64,000 bases of DNA from an uncultured Acidobacteriota bacterium (GTDB lineage Bacteria > Acidobacteriota > UBA6911), in contig CAWJKZ010000014.1 in assembly GCA_963843575.1 (NCBI GenBank), positions 288,001 to 352,000 of the forward strand, given 5' to 3'. The notes under the pieces are model-generated. The model worked only from the letters and a program-made list of their open reading frames with translations. It did no database searches and was not told where the DNA came from. This document shows, piece after piece, positions 26,392 through 35,616 of the stretch (its first letter is position 1; each line of letters starts with the position of its first letter). A program made the position numbers and the translations under genes.

Positions 26392-27363
26392 GTGAGTAGT
26401 TACCCTTCCGCTGACTCGAGCCTCCCCCCTTGGCAGACGTACTCCGGGCACTTCGGGATCCCCACTTATCCTGCGCCGGGCTGGCGCGATTGGGTTGTGC
26501 CTGGCCTGCTGTTTTTGGCGACGCTCCTGAGCACGACGTTCGCAGGTCTGTTCTACGTGCTCGGCGACGGCGGTTTCGTCCGGATGGTCATGCTCTCGCT
26601 GGCCCATCCGTCGCTCTTGCTGCAGGGCCTGCCGTTTTCCCTCACGTTTCTTGGAATTCTTCTGGCACATGAACTTGGGCATTTCTTCGCCTGCCGCTAT
26701 TACGGGATCCGCTGCACACCCCCGTACTTTCTTCCGCTGCCGGTCTCGATTGCGGGCACCCTGGGCGCATTCATCCGCATCAAATCGCCCTTCCAGCATA
26801 AGCGGGCGCTGTTCGACGTCGGGATTGCGGGACCGCTCGCCGGCTTCGCGGTCGTGCTCCCGGCGCTGGTCATCGGTATCGCCCAATCACAACTGATTCC
26901 GCGCGGTGGACTTGGCGGGGGGCTGAGTTTCGGCGAGCCGTTGATTTTCCGCTGGGTCGGCCACATCGTGCTCGGCTATTCGCCGGGGACGCAGGACATG
27001 GTGGCGCACCCGGCGGCGATGGCCGCCTGGTTCGGGCTCCTGGCGACATGTCTGAACCTGTTTCCGATATGGCAGTTGGACGGGGGGCACATCGCCTACG
27101 CCGTGCTTGGCGCGTCGGCACAAAAAAAACTCTCCGTTCTCTGCGCGATTGCCCTGGTGCTGGTGAGCTTTGCGGGTTGGCCCGTCCCCTCGTACCTGTT
27201 GTTCGGCGTCCTGCTGCTGGTTCTCGGGATCCGCTACCGGTTCTACCACCCCCCGACGGTTTTTGACGATGAAGACGTGGGTTTGGGGCGAAGGGTTTTG
27301 AGCGTCTTCGCGCTCGTCATTCTCCTAGTGTGCTTTACCCCGGTCCCGGTGACCATCACGTGA
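26392..27363 (+). CDS. Site-2 protease (M50) family membrane metalloprotease
   Basis: HELGH, AGPLAG, NLFPIWQLDGGH. Confidence 0.9.
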   Translation: MSSYPSADSSLPPWQTYSGHFGIPTYPAPGWRDWVVPGLLFLATLLSTTFAGLFYVLGDGGFVRMVMLSLAHPSLLLQGLPFSLTFLGILLAHELGHFFACRYYGIRCTPPYFLPLPVSIAGTLGAFIRIKSPFQHKRALFDVGIAGPLAGFAVVLPALVIGIAQSQLIPRGGLGGGLSFGEPLIFRWVGHIVLGYSPGTQDMVAHPAAMAAWFGLLATCLNLFPIWQLDGGHIAYAVLGASAQKKLSVLCAIALVLVSFAGWPVPSYLLFGVLLLVLGIRYRFYHPPTVFDDEDVGLGRRVLSVFALVILLVCFTPVPVTIT

Positions 27364-27393
27364 CTGGTCGGCTTTGGCCGGCGCAGGTTCCGT

Positions 27394-27422
27394 TTGACAG
27401 GCGCGCACGCTTCAGTGATAAT
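27394..27422 (+). promoter_or_regulatory. sigma70-type promoter for tRNA-Ala
   Basis: TTGACA-17 bp-GATAAT about 20 bp before the tRNA. Confidence 0.65.
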
Positions 27423-27441
27423 CCTTTCCCCTGAGAAACGT

Positions 27442-27517
<76 letters not shown>

Positions 27518-28009
27518 TCCCTCTTGCTGTCAATCCCCTTGCGGTAACCGCAGATTCCCTCGAACGGAAGCGACAATGTCCGTCTTATATCTTGGATTTC
27601 CAGCTGAAATCAGCCGTTTGACAGCCCCGCCGCCACGCTACAGCCCGGAGGCCACAGTGCGCCAGCGCACACTTCCCCGAATGCGATTTCGGGACAGTGC
27701 GACACCCAGCTTCAGTTCTAGTCGCCAATACGGCCGTCATCTTCTTGCAGTGGAAACCGAATGAGAACTTTAAAAAAAACAGCCTCACTGATAGCGTCGA
27801 CTGAGACGTGGCCGGGGACCGCAGAAGAAGATAGATTATTGCATGTCAGGACGCTCAAGGGTGACGATATCAACCATCAGCAATGGGATGAGGACGCAGC
27901 GGCATATAAGGCTGATTTAGGCGGACGGTTCGCCCGCAATCTTTCGCGCTGCGGGCGAAGGTACGGATTCTGATCTCGATTCTGGACAGCGCGGGGAGGC
28001 GACGCAGGG

Positions 28010-28597
28010 TCAGCGGGCCCTGGGCGGGGACAGGACCGGAGTTCTGAAAACGAAGATGACGTAGGCCTCGGAAGCCGTCGGGCGGCCGCTTAGATCCCGG
28101 GCCGGCTCGAATGACCAGGCCTTGACGGCATCGACGCCCGAATCGGTGAGTTCCCCCAGCCCTTTGAGAGTTTCCACCGTCTCCACCGAACCTGAGGAGC
28201 CAAGCCCCACCCGCAGCACCACGCTCCCCTCTCCGACGGCGTTGGGCGGATAGGCAGGTTCAGTGACGGTCCGGGGGAACGGCATCGCGCCGACCGAGGT
28301 CACGGGCCGGGGGATCTTCTGGCTCGGGCTCCCGACGGCAAACAGCCCCGGCTGCCTGAATTTGACCACCACCAGCCGGCTCTCTCCTTCTTCGGGCAGC
28401 CTCCAACCGGACAGCGCGCCGGAGACCGCGGAGAGAAACGGCTCTTCCCCGCTCAGGACCCGGACCCGCGTCCCGGATCCGGATCCGGAGAGCGAAGCCA
28501 CCACGGTACCGCCCGTCGCCGCATCGGGTGGATAGGGTACGTCCACGGGGCCTGACTGAAACAGGGTCAGAAGGAGCGCAAAGTTTATGAGCGCCAT
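28010..28597 (-). CDS. Exported protein with TonB C-terminal-like domain(s)
   Basis: Signal-like N-terminus; P-x-YP...GSVVL...G-x-V...AVKAWSFEPA; a degenerate first copy precedes it. Confidence 0.7.
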   Translation of the reverse strand: MALINFALLLTLFQSGPVDVPYPPDAATGGTVVASLSGSGSGTRVRVLSGEEPFLSAVSGALSGWRLPEEGESRLVVVKFRQPGLFAVGSPSQKIPRPVTSVGAMPFPRTVTEPAYPPNAVGEGSVVLRVGLGSSGSVETVETLKGLGELTDSGVDAVKAWSFEPARDLSGRPTASEAYVIFVFRTPVLSPPRAR

Positions 28598-28677
28598 AAA
28601 CTAAGCGTAGGCGCGCGCCGCGGGCAATGCAACATTTTTGAGAAAGGGGCTGCTGGAACCAGGCCGCGGTGGGCTCC

Positions 28678-30138
28678 TCAGGTACGCGTGGACCCGCCGG
28701 TCAGGACGATGGTGTCCTGGTCCTGTGCGCAGGCGATCTCGAGAGTGTGCACGGCGTGGGCGAGCGCCGCCCGAACCTTTTCGTCGCGTTCCCTGGAGAA
28801 CCGATTCCTGAGGAGGTCCAGGACATCGATCGACGGGATGGCGGAGAGCGCCTTCGTCGCGGTCTGACGCACCACCGCCAGCGGGTGTGACAGGTAGGGG
28901 CGCAAGTGCGGCACGGCTCGGCCCTTTCCGGTCGAGGCCAGGGCGCTCAGGGCCATGGCGGCGGCATCAGGGTTGTGTGCGATGAAGTCCAGGATGGGTC
29001 CGAACGCTTCCGGGGCTCCGATTCTGCCGAGCGCCTCGACGGCGCACTCGCGGTGGTAGGGGCTCTGCAACTCACCGACGATCATGCTGACCGCAGAGAC
29101 GATCTTCAACTCGCCGAATACGCGGATCAGGCCCCAACGCACCCTGTCCTCCTCTCCTGTATAGAGCTTGAGGACAGCGTTCGCCTCGGCGGGCTGCATC
29201 TCGTTGACCATCTCTCGGACGACGGCTAGCCGCTCGCGTGTCGTGCCGGTCCGCAACAGTTCGAGCCAGCCCTCAATCCGGTCCGAGGAGGGGGTCCAAT
29301 CCTCCTCCCGGTTCGGGCATTGAGTCCTCGCATCAGCTCGTTCGCCTGCGTCGGTGTGGAGCCTGCGGGCCTCGGAGAGGAGCGATCCCGCATCGGCAAA
29401 TCGGGCGTGCGGCTCGAGCGCCAGGCACTTTTCGAGAAGGTTCCGCAGCCGTCCCGGCAGGCCTGCCCGGGTTTCGCCAGGCCACGGGAAATTGCCCAGC
29501 GGCGGGAAACCCATGAACATTTCGTAGAGGAGCGCGCCCAGCGAATAGACGTCCGCCCTCCGGTCTACGCGCTTCGTGCTGCAGCGCTGTTCGGGCGCCA
29601 GGTAGGCGATGGTGCCCATGACCTCGTTTGATTTCGTCAGCGCCGTCCCCTCCTCCGCGAGCGATTTCGCTATGCCGAAGTCAGCCACCGAAGGCTGCCC
29701 GGAGGCATCGAGGAGAATATTAGCCGGCTTCAAATCGCGGTGCACCACGCCGCGCTGGTGCGCATAAGTCATCCCGTCGCAGATGCCGGTGAACAGCGCC
29801 AGCGCCTCCGCAGGCGGGATTCGGCCACGGGCTATCTTCTTCGCAAGGTTTCCGCCTGGCATGTACTCCATGAAATAGTAATAGCAGTCTTCCAGGGCCC
29901 CGCTGTCGAGGATCTTTACTATCCGCGGATGGGAGAGCGCCGCGATGATCTCGACTTCCCGCAGGAACCGCGCATAAGCGGCGGGCGCCGCGGTGGCACG
30001 CCGTGCGAGGATCTTGACGGCACGCCTCTCGCGCGTCTTCGGGTCCAGCGCAAGATACACGTCGGCCATCCCGCCCGAACCGAGGTGTTGCGTGAGATAG
30101 TATCGGCCGATCTTGCGCCGAAGCATCGCCCGGCTCAC
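28678..30138 (-). CDS. Hanks-type Ser/Thr protein kinase with C-terminal HEAT repeats (cytoplasmic)
   Basis: GSGGMADV, AVKIL, HRDLKPAN, DFG, YLAPE intact; C-terminal HEAT-like helices (RECAVEALGRIG, VVRQTATKALS); no TM segment. Confidence 0.92.
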   Translation of the reverse strand: MSRAMLRRKIGRYYLTQHLGSGGMADVYLALDPKTRERRAVKILARRATAAPAAYARFLREVEIIAALSHPRIVKILDSGALEDCYYYFMEYMPGGNLAKKIARGRIPPAEALALFTGICDGMTYAHQRGVVHRDLKPANILLDASGQPSVADFGIAKSLAEEGTALTKSNEVMGTIAYLAPEQRCSTKRVDRRADVYSLGALLYEMFMGFPPLGNFPWPGETRAGLPGRLRNLLEKCLALEPHARFADAGSLLSEARRLHTDAGERADARTQCPNREEDWTPSSDRIEGWLELLRTGTTRERLAVVREMVNEMQPAEANAVLKLYTGEEDRVRWGLIRVFGELKIVSAVSMIVGELQSPYHRECAVEALGRIGAPEAFGPILDFIAHNPDAAAMALSALASTGKGRAVPHLRPYLSHPLAVVRQTATKALSAIPSIDVLDLLRNRFSRERDEKVRAALAHAVHTLEIACAQDQDTIVLTGGSTRT

Positions 30139-31121
30139 TGAGACGCCCTGCGATCCATCGATTCCCTCCAGAGTTCAACCCGATTCTTGCCCATGCCTTT
30201 GGCCCGATAGAGCGCCGCATCGGCGCCGTCGAGCAACAATTTCGGATCGCCGCCGCGCGCCGGATAGCAGGCCACGCCGAAGCTCGCCGTCACCGGGGAA
30301 ACCAGGTGCAGAGCCGGGCTGACCGACCGCTCCACCGCCTGCCGGATACGTTCGGCCAGGGCCGTCGCGCCGCGCGGGCCCGTTTCCGGCAACACCACGA
30401 TGAACTCCTCGCCCCCGAACCTCCCGGCGCGGTCCTGGCGGCGCAGGTTGCGCCGCAGCACCTCGGAAACCAGACGAAGCACCCGGTCTCCCATCAGGTG
30501 CCCGAGCGTGTCGTTCAAACCCTTGAAATTGTCGAGGTCGACGAGGAGCACCGACACGCGGCGGTGGTAGCGCTGCGCTTTGTCCAACTCTTCTCCCAGC
30601 AGGCGCGTGATGGTCATCTTGTTGAGCAGGCCCGTAAGCCCGTCCGTGGTGGCCATCCGGTAGACTTCGTCGTAGAAATTCCTGTCCGCGATGTCCCGGT
30701 GCTCGTACTTGAGGATCGTCTGGCCCAGGGTGATCTTGTCACCCGGCCGCAGCACGGCGCGTTGCACCCGCCGGTAGTTGACCAACGTGCCATTCGTGCT
30801 CCCGAGATCCTGGAGCACGATACGCACCGATTCCCCCCGGGCTGCCCTGACCAGTTTCCTACGGGTCAACAGGAAGTGCTTGCGCGAGACGGAGGGATCC
30901 GTCAGGACGATGTCGCACTCTTCCCCCCTGCCGAAAGAGACCTGTGGGCGCAGCAGGGGCAGTTCCTTCCCGAGCACGTTTCCGGAGAGAAACGTCAGGG
31001 TGGGGATTACGCCCGAGTGTTCGCGTGCGGCTCCGGCGCACGGCAGCGTTGACTCCCCGATCAGAACCGTTATGGGGTCGTCCTGTTCGACGGCACTCGT
31101 CGCGTATCTTCGTTTGCTCAT
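30135..31121 (-). CDS. FHA-domain diguanylate cyclase (FHA-GGDEF)
   Basis: FHA motifs FGR, SRKH, STNG; DGLTGL, DLDNFK, RxxD I-site (RRQD), GGEEF; ATG 31121 after AAGGAG. Confidence 0.92.
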   Translation of the reverse strand: MSKRRYATSAVEQDDPITVLIGESTLPCAGAAREHSGVIPTLTFLSGNVLGKELPLLRPQVSFGRGEECDIVLTDPSVSRKHFLLTRRKLVRAARGESVRIVLQDLGSTNGTLVNYRRVQRAVLRPGDKITLGQTILKYEHRDIADRNFYDEVYRMATTDGLTGLLNKMTITRLLGEELDKAQRYHRRVSVLLVDLDNFKGLNDTLGHLMGDRVLRLVSEVLRRNLRRQDRAGRFGGEEFIVVLPETGPRGATALAERIRQAVERSVSPALHLVSPVTASFGVACYPARGGDPKLLLDGADAALYRAKGMGKNRVELWRESMDRRASQ

Positions 31122-31134
31122 GGCACAGCTCCTT

Positions 31135-31902
31135 TTACGCCAGTACAGCCGTCTGGAAACGCGTCCGGTGCGCCACCAGGTGCGTCGCGCCGTTTGCGTC
31201 CCGGACGGCGGCCACGTCGTGCAAGTGCCAGACCCCGCCGCACCGACCTGCCGCCATCGTGAAGAGGAGCAGTCTCTCCGAAGCGACGAACCGCAGTCTC
31301 GCCACACCCTCGACGGGAACCCGCCGAAATACGGCCAGCAGTTCGCCCGAGTCCACAGGTACGCCCTTCAACACCTCGGCCTCGCGCAGATATCCTTCGC
31401 AATCCCTGAGCGTCAGCGCCTCGCGCGGAGCCGCCACCCGCATCTGCGGCATACGGACGATGCGCTCCGTGGCGTTGTGGACCGCGGGCGCCCGCGGAAA
31501 CGCCCATTCCGTCGACTGGTCCGGGCATCGGGCAATTTCCAGGAGGGTTGCACTTCGTACACTGGATCCACGGCGGCGGAGATCGACGCCGTCAACGCAC
31601 TCGCGCACGGTTGGCGTCGGCAGCGGCAGCGCTCCTTCGTGGCATGCCCCGGGCTGGAGCATCGCGATGGACGATACGGGGGTCGCCGCCGCCAGCTGCC
31701 GGGCGCGCCGCCCCGACTTCGAGTCCATCATGGCCTGCCGTAAGAAACCAAGACCGTCCAGAACACCCGCCACGTCGACAGGGCAGAACTGGCTGACCTT
31801 CACGCCAATCCTGACGTCCAACTCCAGCACGCGGAACGAAGCCGCCCGGCAGGCCAGCCACCGGCACCAGGAGCGGGTGGGCCCGGTCGCGTGCGAGTTC
31901 AA
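31135..31902 (-). CDS. Hypothetical protein
   Basis: Fills the gap in the operon; TTG start overlaps the upstream stop (TTGA) and its stop abuts the next RBS; C-terminal half looks globular. Confidence 0.5.
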   Translation of the reverse strand: MNSHATGPTRSWCRWLACRAASFRVLELDVRIGVKVSQFCPVDVAGVLDGLGFLRQAMMDSKSGRRARQLAAATPVSSIAMLQPGACHEGALPLPTPTVRECVDGVDLRRRGSSVRSATLLEIARCPDQSTEWAFPRAPAVHNATERIVRMPQMRVAAPREALTLRDCEGYLREAEVLKGVPVDSGELLAVFRRVPVEGVARLRFVASERLLLFTMAAGRCGGVWHLHDVAAVRDANGATHLVAHRTRFQTAVLA

Positions 31903-32471
31903 GACTTTCTCTCCTCCGTGCACAGCGTCTTGAGGGCTGCCGACATTCTGTCCAGGGGCTCGACGACATCCATCGTGCGTCCGACCTCTTGGAGCGTCGT
32001 GGCAAGCCTATGCTGGACACCTTCGTCCGCGGTCGAGAAGACCACGCGCAGCGTTGGTCCGTCCTCGAGCTCGATCAACGCCTCGCGTTCCCTGATGCGC
32101 GTAAAGGGCCCCGATCCCTCCCCCGGCGGAGACACGAATCGCTGGAGCGCAATCATCTCGGCCCCGGCTAGTGGGGCGAGGAATTCCTTCTCCTCGTAAG
32201 GGGTGATGTAGAGGTCCGCCGGGCTCCGGATTTCCTGCGACAGCCGCTCGCGGAGCACGGTCTCGTGCAGGTAACGGTCGAGCACGGCGCCGTACAGGAT
32301 TTTCTGCAGGCGGGTCGTCGTCACCGGCTCGGTGTACTTGAATTCGAGGGGCACCCCGATCTGATTCGTCACCAGGATTGCGCCGATGTGCCTGTCGCTG
32401 AGCCGGAGGTGGCAGAAGTACCCGATCTGCCGCCCCACCGCATTTGCGTCCCGCCGTTCCTGTGGCGACAT
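31899..32471 (-). CDS. Conserved-looking hypothetical protein (G-x-L-VT-x3-G-x-PLEF-x2-T-x-P...ILYG family)
   Basis: GAILVTNQIGVPLEFKYTEPV...LQKILYG...MDVVEPLDRM; strong coding signature. Confidence 0.75.
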   Translation of the reverse strand: MSPQERRDANAVGRQIGYFCHLRLSDRHIGAILVTNQIGVPLEFKYTEPVTTTRLQKILYGAVLDRYLHETVLRERLSQEIRSPADLYITPYEEKEFLAPLAGAEMIALQRFVSPPGEGSGPFTRIREREALIELEDGPTLRVVFSTADEGVQHRLATTLQEVGRTMDVVEPLDRMSAALKTLCTEERKS

Positions 32472-32623
32472 AGTCCATTCCCCAGGATGTTATCGGCCGG
32501 GTTTGCGGGATTCTTTATCTGCGGGGCAACTCGGGGGGGATAGGGGGGAACCAGACGGCGGCCGGCGATCCTCAGCACGATCGCCGGCCGCTGTTTCCGG
32601 TATTGGGACGGGCAGGGTTCGCG

Positions 32624-33172
32624 CTACTTGCCGATCTGAGCTTCGGCGTTCTTGATGAGCTTTTCCTCGCCGATCAGCGAGCCCTTGTTCTGCGTCTTGT
32701 AAATGAAATCCAGGAACTCCTTCGCCTTGCGGGACGCCGTGTTTCTCAGCACGTAGGCTTTGGCGAGCGCGTTCATCGCCTCGGTCATCTTCCCTGTGTT
32801 CTTCAGGGCCGCGCCGTAGAAGTAGTAGGTCTCGCCCAAGCGGGGCCGGAGCGCTATGAGTTTTTCCGACAGGGCGATGACCGCTGGAAACTTCTCCGAC
32901 TTGGATAGCAGCTCCAGCACCTGCAAATAGCTCGCCTGGGCATAGTCGTTGAGCTTGGAGTTCGGCCGTTCCTTCATGAACTGCAGCAGCAGGTCCGCAC
33001 GCTTCGTCAGGTCGGGTATCGCCACCAGCTTCTGCGTGCGCTCGTAATCCTCCCGGTACTGTTTCTGTTCGGCGGTTTCATCCTCCTGCGCCCGAAGTTC
33101 GCCCGTGCCGAACCAGAAGACGAGTCCCACGATGGCCACGAAGCGCAGAAAAAGAGTCGTCAGCTTGGACAT
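32624..33172 (-). CDS. Exported TPR-like helical protein
   Basis: Signal peptide ending LRA-Q; TPR-like YYFYGAAL...AMNALAKA; GAGGAGG RBS. Confidence 0.7.
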   Translation of the reverse strand: MSKLTTLFLRFVAIVGLVFWFGTGELRAQEDETAEQKQYREDYERTQKLVAIPDLTKRADLLLQFMKERPNSKLNDYAQASYLQVLELLSKSEKFPAVIALSEKLIALRPRLGETYYFYGAALKNTGKMTEAMNALAKAYVLRNTASRKAKEFLDFIYKTQNKGSLIGEEKLIKNAEAQIGK

Positions 33173-33240
33173 GAAAACCCTCCTCAAAGCATGCCTATTT
33201 ACAATTGCCGCGTAAGGTGCTAAATAAACGACGCTCAAAA

Positions 33241-33316
33241 GGGCGCCTAGCTCAGCTGGTAGAGCACTGCGATCACACCGCAGGGGTCACAGGTTCGAGT
33301 CCTGTGGCGCCCACCA
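33241..33316 (+). tRNA. tRNA-Val(CAC)
   Basis: 76-nt cloverleaf, anticodon arm CTGCG-ATCACAC-CGCAG, TTCGA T-loop, CCA end. Confidence 0.94.
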
Positions 33317-33343
33317 GAACCCTTACCCCCCTGCCGTCGCGCT

Positions 33344-33853
33344 TCAGTCGTCTTGGGTAGCAGGCCCCATTTTATCCAGACTCTCGAGAATTTGGTTCAA
33401 ATTGTTGCGCCATTCGTGCACTTCAGCCTGACCGGCGAAGGTGTCGGTACCTGCGGCGCCTGCCGCGCCGGGTCTCGGCTCCGGTCTCATGGGGGAGGAG
33501 AGGGCGCTGTCACTCCCTGCCCCGGCCAACACCATCCGGATTTCCTCGGCATCACGCTGCAGTAGGGCTATCTCCTGGTCCTGACGCGCCGCCACCCTTT
33601 GCAGGCCGTCCAGTTCTCGTCGCCGCCGCCGTATCTGCCGGTCCATGGAGCGGACGAGGGCGCTGGTCTTGGCTACCTCGTGCTGTGCCTCGGTTACCTC
33701 GTTCTGCTTCTCGTCGAGGAGGCTCTGGAGCTTCTCGAGTTCCGCCTCCAACAGGCGGACGCGCGCGCTGGAAAAGTAAAGCGCGTGTATCAGGAATCCC
33801 GCCGAGAAAAAGGCTGCGGCCAACAGGGCCAGCGAAAGATAAACGACAAGCAT
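33344..33853 (-). CDS. Membrane-anchored coiled-coil hypothetical protein
   Basis: N-terminal TM (MLVVYLSLALLAAAFF...), long E/L/K/R heptad segment; GAGG RBS. Confidence 0.6.
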   Translation of the reverse strand: MLVVYLSLALLAAAFFSAGFLIHALYFSSARVRLLEAELEKLQSLLDEKQNEVTEAQHEVAKTSALVRSMDRQIRRRRRELDGLQRVAARQDQEIALLQRDAEEIRMVLAGAGSDSALSSPMRPEPRPGAAGAAGTDTFAGQAEVHEWRNNLNQILESLDKMGPATQDD

Positions 33854-34060
33854 GCCGGACCTCACTTTCGGCTGTGCTGCCACGAACTCGTGCGCCGGTT
33901 CGTCTGGCGCCAGAACTGCCCGTTGTCCGCGCCCGCCGCTCCCGTGCTTCCCTTCCCCTGGGCGGCAGCTGCCGGGGGCGAGGCAAACGGCACACCGTGG
34001 CCGGCCGTGGATCTGCTCCAACCAGGCGACCGGCGCGTCAGCGCCGCGCGTGCGCACCCG

Positions 34061-35434
34061 TCACTGCGCCGCCGACCTGGCGTTGATTCGCCGCAGGGCC
34101 TGGTTCGCGATCGCAGCGATCTGGCCTCGCTTGTCCTTGCTCAGATCCTGAAGTGCCGGGATAGCCCGGTTGTCTCCCGCCATCCCCAGAACTTCCGCCA
34201 GACCCTCGCGCACGTTGACGTCGGTGAGCCTCGTGAGGGCAAACAGATCGTTCATCTCTTCCGGCCGGGTCTCGACCAGGTACTGCCTGGCCTCGTTGTT
34301 GGTTTTTCGCGAGCCCAGCGCTTTGGCGACCTCCTCCAGATATTCCTTCCGTCCCATACGATAGAGCGCGAATGCTTGAGCCGTAGCCACCCGCCCGTCC
34401 TTCTCACGCAGACGGTCGCGCGAGATGTCGGTGACCATGGACGCATCGCCCAGGCGGGCGAGTCCCTCGTATGCCCGGAGGCGCAACGGGTTCTCCGGGT
34501 TGCGGCTTTCTTTGACAAAGAGCTCCTTCGACGCCGGGGAGGCGATAAAAGCGAGAGCATCCAGCAGACGCTCCCGGTAGTCCTTGTCGATGTCTTTGGC
34601 CGGCAGGCTCCCCTGCTTCTCAAAGATCCGGGTCAATTCGGGGACGGCTTCGGCATATCGGAAGCGGCCGATGGTGTAAATGGCTTCGTTCCGAACCTTG
34701 GAGTCGTTGTACGCCACAAAACTCATGAGGTCGCGGGCTGCGGCCGGGTCGCCGATCTTTCGAATGGCGCGCACCGCATCGAAACGAACCGCGTTGCTGC
34801 GGTCCTGACGCGACGTTTCGAGCAGGGCCGGCAGCGCCTCTTTCCCTCGCACGATGCCCAACCCGCGTGCACTGCGCGCACGGATACCTTCGTCCGCATC
34901 CTGCAACCTGCCCTGCAACGCCCCGACGGCGCTCGGGTCGACACGGATTCCCGGTTCAACCACGATGTCGGCCCACTCATCCGACCAGGGATTGAAAAAA
35001 TTGGCGACCTTGTTCAGGGTGACGACCAGGCCGCTCTCCTGCGGGAGATAGAGGTTGATCAGTCCGACGATGCAACGATCTCGGATGTCCTTCTCGGGAT
35101 CGCTGCTCAGCCGCACGAAGGCGGGCAGCGCGCGGATGTCCAACATCTTGTCGAGTGCAACGACGATCTCGCGGCGCACCTCCGCATCCGTGTCGCCCGC
35201 CGCCGCGACCAGGTCGGGGGTAGCCTTCTGGATCTTGTTGGCGCCCAGCGCGACCGCCGCTTCCTTGCGACGAACCGGATCGGGATTCTTCAGGTCGTAA
35301 ATGAGGCTGTCGACCGGAACCTGGCGCGTCTGTTTCTGCGCGAGTAGGTCCCTGGCCGACACGGTGAGCGACAGAAACACGGCCAGCACGGCGGCGCGTC
35401 GCGCAAGGCCGGCGCGCGTCGGTCTCATAGTCAT
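34061..35434 (-). CDS. Exported HEAT-repeat protein
   Basis: Signal peptide then repeated 'D-x-D-x-x-VR-x-x-A-x-x-ALG' HEAT units. Confidence 0.85.
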   Translation of the reverse strand: MTMRPTRAGLARRAAVLAVFLSLTVSARDLLAQKQTRQVPVDSLIYDLKNPDPVRRKEAAVALGANKIQKATPDLVAAAGDTDAEVRREIVVALDKMLDIRALPAFVRLSSDPEKDIRDRCIVGLINLYLPQESGLVVTLNKVANFFNPWSDEWADIVVEPGIRVDPSAVGALQGRLQDADEGIRARSARGLGIVRGKEALPALLETSRQDRSNAVRFDAVRAIRKIGDPAAARDLMSFVAYNDSKVRNEAIYTIGRFRYAEAVPELTRIFEKQGSLPAKDIDKDYRERLLDALAFIASPASKELFVKESRNPENPLRLRAYEGLARLGDASMVTDISRDRLREKDGRVATAQAFALYRMGRKEYLEEVAKALGSRKTNNEARQYLVETRPEEMNDLFALTRLTDVNVREGLAEVLGMAGDNRAIPALQDLSKDKRGQIAAIANQALRRINARSAAQ

Positions 35435-35616
35435 CGAAGTTCTCCCGTGTAATGAGCGGCGAGACGCCACACCTCGGCACATCTGGCGTGCATCCTTTGG
35501 CCTTCGTGGGACAAATCTGGTTTTGTGCAGTACGCGCGCAGTCTGCCACTTTTGCGCAGACGATTCAAGCGGTCCGCTCGGCCCTTCCGGGGCGGGCCGG
35601 CTGCCTGCTGCGGCCG

